Origin: Blastocatellia bacterium
GTDB lineage: Bacteria > Acidobacteriota > Blastocatellia > UBA7656
Assembly: GCA_963804815.1 (NCBI GenBank)
Contig: CAWDRU010000002.1
Coordinates: 7,126,939 to 7,190,938, forward strand
Reading direction: 5' to 3'
DNA length: 64,000 nucleotides
The notes under the pieces are model-generated. The model ran no database searches and had not been told where the DNA came from. It was given only the letters and a program-made list of their open reading frames with translations. The position numbers and the translations under genes were made by a program. Of the stretch, positions 27,503 through 36,068 are shown one piece after another. The first letter of the stretch is position 1, and each line of letters begins with the position of its first letter.

Positions 27503-27910
27503 ATGATGACAACTATTATTGACAATAACAAGACGAAGAAGAACGGTCGAACATTGCGCGTGTTATTCAACTGTTCTAAGTGCCCTGCTTATTGCTGTAG
27601 CTATGATCGAGTAGAGGTCACTAAGACAGATTTGCTTCGCATCGCCAAGCACTTCGGCCTATCTTACAAGGAAGCCGAAAAGCGTTATACAAAGATCGCT
27701 TTCGGCGACCGTGTGCTTCGCCATCAAAAAGATCACATCTTTAAACGAGTCTGCCAGTTTCTCGATACCAAAGAGCGACGCTGCACGATCTATCATGCAC
27801 GGCCCGCCGTCTGCCGCGAGTACCCGGACAGCCTGCGATGCGGCTATTACGACTTTCTCGCTTCGGAGCGCCGCCGCCAGGGCGATGAAGAATTTATTCC
27901 CTCGGCATGA
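27503..27910 (+). CDS. YkgJ-family (CxxCxxCC) zinc/iron-chelating domain protein.
   Basis: ...LFNCSKCPAYCCSYDRVEVTKTDLLRIAKHFGLSY...CQFLDTKERRCTIYHARPAVCREYP is a UPF0153/YkgJ signature. The start is set at MMTTII; the ORF extends to 27395. Confidence 0.6.
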   Translation: MMTTIIDNNKTKKNGRTLRVLFNCSKCPAYCCSYDRVEVTKTDLLRIAKHFGLSYKEAEKRYTKIAFGDRVLRHQKDHIFKRVCQFLDTKERRCTIYHARPAVCREYPDSLRCGYYDFLASERRRQGDEEFIPSA

Positions 27911-27966
27911 ATAATCAGCCGTCAATCAGGCTGAGAAAATAACGCTTAGGCGAGTAAGGCATTGCG

Positions 27967-29316
27967 TTGATAAAGCCGAAACAGGTCAGCCCCGCGCGCC
28001 GCGCCGCGTTCGACATTCTGCGCCGCGTAGAGGCCGAAGGCGCGTATGCTTCGGTTCTCATCTCTCGGCTTCCCGAATCGAACCTGTCGCGCGAAGACCG
28101 CTCGCTCGCGCAAGAGATAGCGCTCGGCGTGTTGCGCCGAAGGCGACTGCTCGATTATTTCATAGAACGCTACTCGCGCCGCGCCACATCCCGCCTCGAC
28201 CTCTCTGTTTTGATAGCGCTTCGCATGGGGCTTTATCAGTTGCGCTACCTGACACGCATTCCGCAGCGCGCGGCAGTCAACGAATCTGTGAATCTTGTGA
28301 AACTGGCGCGCGTCCACAGCGCTGCCGGAATGGTCAACGCCGTCCTGCGCAACGCGGCGCGCCATATGGATGAAGGCTTCGCCGAAGAAATTTCAGACCC
28401 GCTTGAAAGACTCTCAATCGAACTTTCTCATCCGCGATGGATGCTTGAACGCTGGATGAAATCACTGGGCGATGCAGAAGCGCGTGCGCTCGCGCTTGCC
28501 AATAACGAACCGCCAACGACAGCTTTTCGCGTCAACACGCTCCGCGCCACTGTTGATGAAACGCTCGCACATCTTAAAGATGCGGGCCTCGGCCTGCGCC
28601 CGTCGACTTTAACGCCCGGCGCGTTTATCGTTGAAAGCGGCGCGGCGTCACTACTGGCCGAAGCCGCAGAGCGCGGCATCATCTATATTCAGGATGAAGC
28701 GTCGCAACTGGTATCGCGGCTGCTCGACCCTGAAAGCGGCAGCCGCGTGCTTGACCTGTGCGCAGCGCCCGGCTCCAAGTCGTCTCATATAGCGGCGCTC
28801 GCCGAAGGAAAAGCATGGATCGTAGCATGTGACATTCATCCGCACAGGCTCGCGACGCTTGGCGCGACGTGTCGAAAGCTCGGCATCGATTCGATTGATC
28901 GCGTTGCTCTGGACGCGACTACTGCGTTGCCTTTTGCCGATAGCGCCGTCGGGTTCGACCGCGTGTTGATTGATGCGCCATGCACGGGCACGGGCACGCT
29001 CCGTCGAAACCCTGAGATCAAGTGGCGACTTGAGGCTGATACGATTGAGCGCCTCGCTCGCGTTCAATTGCGATTGCTTGAGCGCGCGACCGATGTGCTC
29101 AAGCGAGGCGGGCGACTGGTTTACTCAACCTGTTCAATCGAGCGCGAAGAGAATGAAGAGGTGATCGGGCGGTTCATCGAAAGCGGCGCGCCTTACAGAT
29201 TGCTGCGCCCGGACGCTCATTTTGACCTCATCACTGCCGAAGGCTTTGTGAGAACATTTCCACACCGTCACGGCGCGGATGGTTTCTTCGCCGCCGTGCT
29301 TGAAAAAACCGGTTGA
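27967..29316 (+). CDS. rsmB: 16S rRNA (cytosine967-C5)-methyltransferase RsmB/Sun family.
   Basis: 449 aa with a NusB-like N-terminus and a SAM-MTase core (...VLDLCAAPGSKSSHIA..., ...DRVLIDAPCTGTGTLRRNPEIKW..., ...GGRLVYSTCSIEREENEEV...). Confidence 0.85.
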   Translation: MIKPKQVSPARRAAFDILRRVEAEGAYASVLISRLPESNLSREDRSLAQEIALGVLRRRRLLDYFIERYSRRATSRLDLSVLIALRMGLYQLRYLTRIPQRAAVNESVNLVKLARVHSAAGMVNAVLRNAARHMDEGFAEEISDPLERLSIELSHPRWMLERWMKSLGDAEARALALANNEPPTTAFRVNTLRATVDETLAHLKDAGLGLRPSTLTPGAFIVESGAASLLAEAAERGIIYIQDEASQLVSRLLDPESGSRVLDLCAAPGSKSSHIAALAEGKAWIVACDIHPHRLATLGATCRKLGIDSIDRVALDATTALPFADSAVGFDRVLIDAPCTGTGTLRRNPEIKWRLEADTIERLARVQLRLLERATDVLKRGGRLVYSTCSIEREENEEVIGRFIESGAPYRLLRPDAHFDLITAEGFVRTFPHRHGADGFFAAVLEKTG

Positions 29317-30248
29317 GCGCGAAAGCGAAAGTAGGTTTTATGAGACGAGTAATCCTGAGCCTGTTGATGGTTGTTTTCTCGGTTTCGATGATGAACGCGG
29401 ACAGTACCGTTCAGAAAAAGACTCAGATAATAATTCTCGGAACAGGGACTCCGAACGCCGACCCTGAGCGGTCCGGCCCGTCGGTCGCCATTGTAGTAAA
29501 TGATACGCCGTACATAATTGACTTCGGGCCGGGCGTTGTTCGCCGCGCGGCTGCGGCTTTCCAGAAAGGCGTCGAAGGGCTTGCGGTCAGTCGGCTAAAG
29601 ACTGCTTTTGTAACTCACCTGCACTCCGATCACACGGTCGGATACGCCGATTTGATCTTTACCCCGTGGACGCTGGATCGGAAAGAGCCGCTTGCAGTCT
29701 ACGGCCCCAGAGGCATCCGTGCGATGACTGCGCATCTGCTCGCGGCATACAAAGATGACATCCGCATACGAACGAGGGGGCTTGAGCCGTCCAACCACAC
29801 GGGCTTCAAAGTCATCGCGCACGAGATAAAGCCCGGCCTTATCTACAAAGATGCGAATGTCACGGTCAAAGCTTTTCTCGTAAAACACGGCTCGTGGCCT
29901 CAAGCGTTCGGTTACAGATTTGAAACATCGGACCGTACTATAGTCATCTCAGGCGATACCACGCCGAGCGCGAGCGTGATCGATAATTGCAACGGCTGCG
30001 ATGTGCTGATTCACGAAGTCTACTCGACCGCAGGGTTTGCCCGCAGAACTCCTGAATGGCAAAAGTATCACTCGCGTTTTCATACGTCCACGCGCGAGCT
30101 TGCAGAGATTGCGACAAAAGCCAGACCCGGATTGCTCATTCTTTATCACCAACTGTTCTGGGGCGCGACCGATGCGGATTTGATCAAAGAGGTGCAACAG
30201 ACCTATCACGGAAAGGTAGTATCGGGTCGCGACCTCGATATTTATTAG
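29313..30248 (+). CDS. MBL-fold metallo-hydrolase, exported.
   Basis: Signal peptide, then THLHSDHTVGYADLIFTPW (HxHxDH motif) and later ...CDVLIHEVY... Confidence 0.7.
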   Translation: MSAKAKVGFMRRVILSLLMVVFSVSMMNADSTVQKKTQIIILGTGTPNADPERSGPSVAIVVNDTPYIIDFGPGVVRRAAAAFQKGVEGLAVSRLKTAFVTHLHSDHTVGYADLIFTPWTLDRKEPLAVYGPRGIRAMTAHLLAAYKDDIRIRTRGLEPSNHTGFKVIAHEIKPGLIYKDANVTVKAFLVKHGSWPQAFGYRFETSDRTIVISGDTTPSASVIDNCNGCDVLIHEVYSTAGFARRTPEWQKYHSRFHTSTRELAEIATKARPGLLILYHQLFWGATDADLIKEVQQTYHGKVVSGRDLDIY

Positions 30249-30263
30249 CGCAGAGGTTCTATT

Positions 30264-31229
30264 ATGAAAAGCGATGTGACGATCAACGATATTCAACAGG
30301 CAAAGGGGCGCATAGCTTCAATCGTTCGCCGCACGCCGCTCGAACATTCCGCATGGCTTTCAACCGAGTTAGAGCGCGATGTACGGCTAAAACTCGAATG
30401 CTTTCAGGTGACAGGCTCGTTCAAACTTCGCGGCGCGATGGCGAAGCTTTCTCGATTGACCGAAGCTGAGAGCGCGCGCGGCATATTGACTGTTTCGGCT
30501 GGCAATCATGGACTGGCCGTTGCTCACTGCGCCAGCGCGCTCTCGCTTGATGCCACGATAATCGTGCCGCGCTCGGCCTCGCCCACGAAGGTCGCTGCTA
30601 TTCGTCGTTATCCGGTCACGCTCATCGAGCGCGGCGCAGACTATGACGAAGCCGAACTGGCGGCGCGCGAAATGGAGCGCGAAACGGGTGCGACGTTCGT
30701 TTCACCATATAACGACGCCGATGTGATAGCGGGGCAGGGAACCATCGCGCTTGAAATTCTGGAAGACGCGCCTGATGTTGACGCCATCCTTGTGCCGGTC
30801 GGAGGCGGAGGGTTGCTGGCGGGAGTTTCAGTAGCCGTGAAAGCCAACTATCCGCACATCGAAGTCTACGGCGTGGAGCCGCTCTCTTCGCCCACGATGT
30901 ACGAAGCGCTTCGCGCGGGCCGCATCCTTGAGATAAAAGAAGAAGCGACGATAGCCGACGGGCTGGCCGGAAACATCGAAGCGGGCTCGATCACGTTTCC
31001 GCTCGTCGCGCATCTGGCCGACGGAATTATTCTTGTCAGCGAAGAGTCGATGCGCGATGCAATCAGGCGCGTAGCGCGCGAAGATCACATAATGATCGAA
31101 GGCTCGGCGGCGGTCGCCATCGCCGCGCTCGCAGACGAGCGACTTAAAGGTCAGCGTACCGTTGCGGTAATCACTGGCCGCAACATCAGCCTCGATCTGT
31201 TCGCAGGCATAATCTCGAATCACAAGTGA
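30264..31229 (+). CDS. PLP-dependent threonine/serine dehydratase family enzyme.
   Basis: 321 aa. LECFQVTGSFKLRGA is the PLP-lysine motif; ...TVSAGNHGLAVA..., and the glycine loop ...VPVGGGGLLAGV... Confidence 0.75.
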   Translation: MKSDVTINDIQQAKGRIASIVRRTPLEHSAWLSTELERDVRLKLECFQVTGSFKLRGAMAKLSRLTEAESARGILTVSAGNHGLAVAHCASALSLDATIIVPRSASPTKVAAIRRYPVTLIERGADYDEAELAAREMERETGATFVSPYNDADVIAGQGTIALEILEDAPDVDAILVPVGGGGLLAGVSVAVKANYPHIEVYGVEPLSSPTMYEALRAGRILEIKEEATIADGLAGNIEAGSITFPLVAHLADGIILVSEESMRDAIRRVAREDHIMIEGSAAVAIAALADERLKGQRTVAVITGRNISLDLFAGIISNHK

Positions 31230-31308
31230 AGATTTACACTTGTTTGGGTTTGAATGTGGATTCACCGCAGCGCCCTGGGCGGCCCTGCGGTGAACCGGTC
31301 TTATATTT

Positions 31309-32697
31309 CATTGGCATCTACACATGTTGGCCGGATCAGCCCGTATCATAGCGAGAAAATCCCGGTAGACTGAGACACGCTACTTGTCTGAGTTCATCGA
31401 CACTGTATCGCTCAAGCGCATTCAGCACTGCTAGCAGCGTCCATAATCCAGCCAGCATCGCTGAGTCGGTCACTCGGCGGTCACGACGCATCTGTCTGCC
31501 ACTCAATCGCACCAGGAGATTACGCGCCTGCTCGCTCTCAGGTGTCTGACCGCGCGCCAACTGCCAGACAACCACTGCCGCCATTGCTGTCACCAATAAC
31601 CGTTTAGCTATTGCTTCGGCGCTCTCCTGTTGCCAATGCTCCAAATTATGGCCGCTGGATTTCAACAGCTTAAAGTAACTCTCTATTTTCCACCGCCACA
31701 CATACCACTGCGCGATCTGCTCTGCCGTCACCGTTTCAGGCAAGTTCGTCAGTAGCAGCCACTCCGCATACAACGATTCATCTGGTAAAACGATCCGGCT
31801 CACGACAAGCCTCAACTGCAAAGCTTTGCCATAGACTCGCTCACGGGGCTGCTTGATGCCGCCCTTTTGTCGATGTGGGAAGGCCGGTCGGGTAATCGTC
31901 ACCTTCGTTTCAGCCAGCAGTTGCTGCCCGACAAGTCCGGGCGCAACAGCAATTGCCTGGCCCAGCCGCAATGACAAGCCTGCTGCCACACGGCCCAGTC
32001 GCCGCCTCTCTCCTTCAAACTCCACCTGCGGTACTGCCCGCGCCCGCACAATAAAAGCTTCTCCTTGATCATCCCACTGTCGGTAATGACCAACCGAGTC
32101 GGCGGCGCGATCAATAAGATGCACGACGGGCTTGGACAACTGCATCTTGCTGATGGTCGCCAGGGTGTCGGTGATTTCATCAAGGTGCGAGCAATCGGCC
32201 AATACCGGCGACTGGCGCGTCGTGTATAAACCATCATTGGCCCACAAGCTAAACGACAGCGGAGAGATGGGTGTGCCGTCACGATCAGATATCAATAAGG
32301 CAGTTTGCAAGCTGTAACCGAGCGAACGCTTATGACAGATGGCCTTGCGGTCGGCTTTACGGGTATGCAGATCGTAATTGAGTTCAGACCAGTCGTGAAT
32401 AATCAGAGCAAAGTCGCCGGTTTCGTCTGTAAGCACTCGTTTGGCAGCGGCGATCAGCGGCTCGGCTAATTGAGGAAGCGAAACAGCCGGATTGCTATAA
32501 AAACGCCAGGCGGCCTGAGTGCTGGCGAAAGCAGTACCGGCAGCGGGCAAAGCCCGAAGCCCTGCGGCGACGGCCTGTGTTGGGTTCATCTGCTCGGTCA
32601 CGAGTTGCTGATAGCGCCGTTGCAGGCGCAGTTCAAGATTGGGTGTTGCAAACACATTTTATAATATTAGCGTACTCGACATGTGTAGATGCCAATG
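31309..32697 (-). mobile_element. IS4-family insertion sequence, copy 2. Identical to copy 1, with a 9-bp TSD CTTATATTT.
   Basis: Same 18-bp terminal IRs. Flanking direct repeats cttatattt lie at about 31300-31308 and 32698-32706. Inserted between the dehydratase and pirin genes. Confidence 0.8.
31336..32655 (-). CDS. IS4-family transposase (identical to 20721..22040).
   Basis: 439-aa protein identical to copy 1. Confidence 0.85.
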   Translation of the reverse strand: MFATPNLELRLQRRYQQLVTEQMNPTQAVAAGLRALPAAGTAFASTQAAWRFYSNPAVSLPQLAEPLIAAAKRVLTDETGDFALIIHDWSELNYDLHTRKADRKAICHKRSLGYSLQTALLISDRDGTPISPLSFSLWANDGLYTTRQSPVLADCSHLDEITDTLATISKMQLSKPVVHLIDRAADSVGHYRQWDDQGEAFIVRARAVPQVEFEGERRRLGRVAAGLSLRLGQAIAVAPGLVGQQLLAETKVTITRPAFPHRQKGGIKQPRERVYGKALQLRLVVSRIVLPDESLYAEWLLLTNLPETVTAEQIAQWYVWRWKIESYFKLLKSSGHNLEHWQQESAEAIAKRLLVTAMAAVVVWQLARGQTPESEQARNLLVRLSGRQMRRDRRVTDSAMLAGLWTLLAVLNALERYSVDELRQVACLSLPGFSRYDTG

Positions 32698-32704
32698 CTT
32701 ATAT

Positions 32705-33409
32705 TTACTGGTTCATAGGCACATCTATCAGGATGAAGCTCGTGTCATCGTAGGCTTCCAATCGCAGCACGCCTTCCTGTGCGATGCGCGCCTGATCTTT
32801 CGTCGTCAGCCTTTCATCGTTTATTCCCAGATCGCCTTTTGTGACGTAAACAAACGCGCCGCGCGAGTTCTTTACCTCGAACTCCACGCTCTGGCCCGCG
32901 TCTAAATCGGCCATATAGATCGTCGAATCCGTGTGAATCGTAACAACGTCATTCAGTCCCTGCCCCGAAGCTACCGGCAGCAATTGATTCTTTCTGGAAT
33001 CGAGCGAAAAACTCTTCTGGTCGTAACTGGGTTGCAATCTCCGCTCGCCGGGGAGAATCCAGATTTGATAGAGATGAAGCGGCTCGCTGCTCAGATTGTG
33101 TTCGGAATGCGTGATGCCTGTGCCTGCGGACATTCGCTGCACCTCGCCCGCCTTGATCGTCGTGCGATTGCCCATGCTGTCTTCGTGCGTGATCTCGCCG
33201 TTCAGCATGATGGTGATGATCTCCATCTCGCGATGCGGGTGAGTCGGAAACCCTGAGTTCGCTTTCAACACATCGTCGTTAAAGACGCGCAGCGAGCCGA
33301 ACTGAACGTTTGCCGGGTCGTAGTAGTTGTCGAACGAAAACAGCCAGTAGGTCTTCAGCCATCCGAAATCCGAAAAATATCTCTCATCTGCTCTGATCGT
33401 TTTAATCAT
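32705..33409 (-). CDS. Pirin-family protein (bicupin; quercetin-dioxygenase-like).
   Basis: ...FPTHPHREMEIITIMLNGEITHEDSMGN... is the pirin metal-binding signature. AGAGAGGAAACA precedes ATG(MIKTIRADERYF). Confidence 0.8.
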   Translation of the reverse strand: MIKTIRADERYFSDFGWLKTYWLFSFDNYYDPANVQFGSLRVFNDDVLKANSGFPTHPHREMEIITIMLNGEITHEDSMGNRTTIKAGEVQRMSAGTGITHSEHNLSSEPLHLYQIWILPGERRLQPSYDQKSFSLDSRKNQLLPVASGQGLNDVVTIHTDSTIYMADLDAGQSVEFEVKNSRGAFVYVTKGDLGINDERLTTKDQARIAQEGVLRLEAYDDTSFILIDVPMNQ

Positions 33410-33571
33410 TGTTTCCTCTCTAAACCTGAAATGAAGAATAAAAAACAACCCGACTCAACCGGAGCCGGGCTGCTTTTCACATGCCTCATAATAATTCTAG
33501 CAAAGTTGTAAAGAGAGCACTTTATGGTCAGTCTGTAACCATAAAGGTACTGTACGGAATCTGATGCAGCT

Positions 33572-34069
33572 TCACTTCGCAGCAATTACCGCGTAACTGC
33601 GCCCGCTGTATAGCCGAATGCCCTCTGCCGCTTTCGTCATCGTAAGCGGGCGCGGGCGTTTGAGCGCGCTGTCTTTGGTGATGCTGGCCGAAAGCAAAGC
33701 TCCGCCGCCAATATCAAAGATGTTCAGCTTGTCTTCAGAGAAGCCGAAGCCGTATGCCCCCGGCGCAAGCTCCGAGCCGCCGACCGTGATGCGCGAATCT
33801 GTAATAAAAAAGCCCTGATATTTTGCCTGAATCTCGGTTGAGTAACCGGACGTATCCACAAGCGCCGCGATGACGAATCGTTTGACCCCAAAGCGAACTG
33901 CCGCCGCATTGCGCATCTGTGTAGGCGCGCTCTGGCCTTCGTAATAAAAACTCTCCGGCACCACGCGCTTTAATTCTGCGCCGCTGAGGATCGCGGCAGG
34001 CTCCTGCGCGATTGCTGTAGTGAACGACAAAAGCATCATTATCACCGGCATCCATAGGCGTTTCGGCAT
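33572..34069 (-). CDS. Secreted hypothetical protein.
   Basis: Start at MPKRLWMPVIMMLLSFTTAIAQE (signal peptide), which avoids overlap with the upstream gene. Confidence 0.45.
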   Translation of the reverse strand: MPKRLWMPVIMMLLSFTTAIAQEPAAILSGAELKRVVPESFYYEGQSAPTQMRNAAAVRFGVKRFVIAALVDTSGYSTEIQAKYQGFFITDSRITVGGSELAPGAYGFGFSEDKLNIFDIGGGALLSASITKDSALKRPRPLTMTKAAEGIRLYSGRSYAVIAAK

Positions 34070-34116
34070 AAGTTTATTTTCTCCCTGAAGTTTTAACTCG
34101 CAAAAGAGTTTATATC

Positions 34117-34686
34117 TCAATCGCGCCCAACACCAAGCGCGTCGGCAACGCGGTTGATGTAATTGAACCATGCTGCGATCAGTGTGATCTGCAAAATCGT
34201 CTGGTCGTCAAAGCCTGCGCCGTGCAAAAGCTCGTGATCCTGCTTTGTGATCTTTGTAGCATCCTTCGTCAGTTTCACCACGAAATCGAGCATCACGCGA
34301 TCCTGCTCAGAGATATTGGCTTTTGTGTAATCCTCGCGCAGCGACTGAACCAATTCGTCATCCAATGTGACTCGACGCAGAAACTCTGCGTGCGATTCGA
34401 TTCAGTAATGGCAGCGATTCGTGACCGAAACCATCGTGGTTATCATTTCGTGCTGGCGTCTGGTGAGCTGTAGCTCTGGCGACATCAACACGCCGAACGT
34501 CGAAAACGCATGATAGAGAGCGTCGGGAATGAGACTGTGCGATGCGACGATTCCGGCGGCTTCGCCTTCGGGAACCGTATGAACTGGCGACGCATACTCC
34601 TGCGGGTAAAGATGGCGTTGATCTTCGACGGCGTGCCGCAACTGCTCGTTTGCTTCTGACAACGGAATAGTTTTGATCCACGTCAT
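34117..34686 (-). CDS. AhpD/carboxymuconolactone-decarboxylase-family (peroxidase-related) protein with an in-frame UGA at 34402-34404 in the CxxC redox motif. Candidate selenoprotein.
   Basis: ORFs 34402..34686 and 34117..34365 are in the same frame. Read-through gives ...[10 protein letters not shown]-[UGA][11 protein letters not shown]..., matching the N.C.YC..SH motif of TIGR01926 AhpD-like proteins. A 7-bp stem ACGCAGA/UCUGCGU with a GUU-containing loop begins 10 nt after the UGA. AGGAG lies upstream of the ATG. Confidence 0.55.
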
Positions 34687-34688
34687 TA

Positions 34689-36035
34689 TTATTTCTCCTG
34701 CTTTTTACGGAAGACGAGATGATAAACCGGAGCGCCGAGCGCCACAACCGCACAGCCCAGCGCCGCCTGCTCAGGGTTATTTGCTGCCAGCATAACTAAC
34801 AGCATAATTACGAGCGCGAGAAATATCACAGGGGCCATAGGATAACCGGGCGTGTGAAACGCCTCGGCTGATTGCGGATTTTTTCTCATCACGAACACAG
34901 CCGCGACCGTCAATCCGACAAACACGACCGTCACGAATACAAAGTACGCCACGATCTGATTGAACGTGCCGACGGCCACCAGCAGCGACGCGAGGGCGGC
35001 TTGCAGAACGCAGGCGCGGGCGGGCGTGTTGAATCGAGGGTGTAGTTTTGCAGCCATATTCAGGAACACGCCGTCGCGCGCCATCGCATAATATACGCGC
35101 GGCGCTGTGATGATTACCGCAAGCAGACTGCCCAGCACAGAGACTATTACTATGCCTGAAAAAACCTGCCCGCCCGCGCGGCCAAAAAGAATTTCTCCGG
35201 CCTGCGCGGCGAACGTTTCGCCCGAAGTCGCGCGATCAATCGGCACAAGATAAATGAATGCCGCGCTCGTTATGATATAGACGAGCGTGACGATGCCGAC
35301 TCCGAATACGAGCGCGCGCGGCATTGTGCGAACGGGGTCGCGCACTTCGCCCGCAAGCTTGCTTGCGTCCCACCACCCGCCGAATGAAAAGAACGCCGCG
35401 ACCATTCCACCTGCCAACGCGCCAGCCAGCGGCGCAGACCCCGCGCGTTGCGCAACGAATGGAGTGAAGTTGGACCAGTCGCCCAGCCCAAGGCAGAATC
35501 CCCATAAAACTATCAGCGCAAGCAGCCCGAGTTTGAGTATCGTGAGCCACCTCATGAGCCACGCGCCGAGTTGAACGCCCAGGATGTTTGCGGCTGCCAT
35601 CAGGCAGATCGCCGCAATCGCAACAGCCTTCGTCCCAGTCGTTGAAAGTTTGATTATGTAGCCGACATAACTGGCCGCCCCTGTGGCCAGCGCAGCCGTG
35701 ATGCCGGGGTCCATCACGAGAAAGCACTTCCAGCCATAAAGAAAGGCAAGGCGCGGCCCATAGGCTTCGCGCAGGTAAACGTATCCACCGCCCGCTTCGG
35801 GAAAGCGCGCGGCCAGCCCGCCGTAACAGAGCGCGCCGCTTATAGCCATCCCGCCCATCACCAGCCACACGACCATCACCCACATCGGCGAGCCGAGCGA
35901 TTTCGCCATATCAGCCGGAGTCAGAAAAATGCCAACCGCTATGACTTCGCCCGCGACCATTGCCGTTGCCGACAGGAGACCGAGTTGCCGCCTTAAGCCG
36001 CTTTCGGGTTGCGCTTTCTGTGTCACATTCAACAC
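34689..36035 (-). CDS. APC-family amino acid permease.
   Basis: 448 aa with 12 predicted TM helices, typical of the amino acid/polyamine/organocation family. Its stop is 2 nt from the downstream AhpD-like gene start. Confidence 0.75.
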   Translation of the reverse strand: MLNVTQKAQPESGLRRQLGLLSATAMVAGEVIAVGIFLTPADMAKSLGSPMWVMVVWLVMGGMAISGALCYGGLAARFPEAGGGYVYLREAYGPRLAFLYGWKCFLVMDPGITAALATGAASYVGYIIKLSTTGTKAVAIAAICLMAAANILGVQLGAWLMRWLTILKLGLLALIVLWGFCLGLGDWSNFTPFVAQRAGSAPLAGALAGGMVAAFFSFGGWWDASKLAGEVRDPVRTMPRALVFGVGIVTLVYIITSAAFIYLVPIDRATSGETFAAQAGEILFGRAGGQVFSGIVIVSVLGSLLAVIITAPRVYYAMARDGVFLNMAAKLHPRFNTPARACVLQAALASLLVAVGTFNQIVAYFVFVTVVFVGLTVAAVFVMRKNPQSAEAFHTPGYPMAPVIFLALVIMLLVMLAANNPEQAALGCAVVALGAPVYHLVFRKKQEK

Positions 36036-36068
36036 GTCAGTAGAGTAGCCCTTAAAACAGAGAAGCCT

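Noticed and set aside
35236-35883. 215-aa ORF overlapping the amino-acid permease gene.
   Set aside because: Out-of-frame overlap with a well-supported 12-TM permease. Arg/Gly-rich translation typical of high-GC shadow frames.
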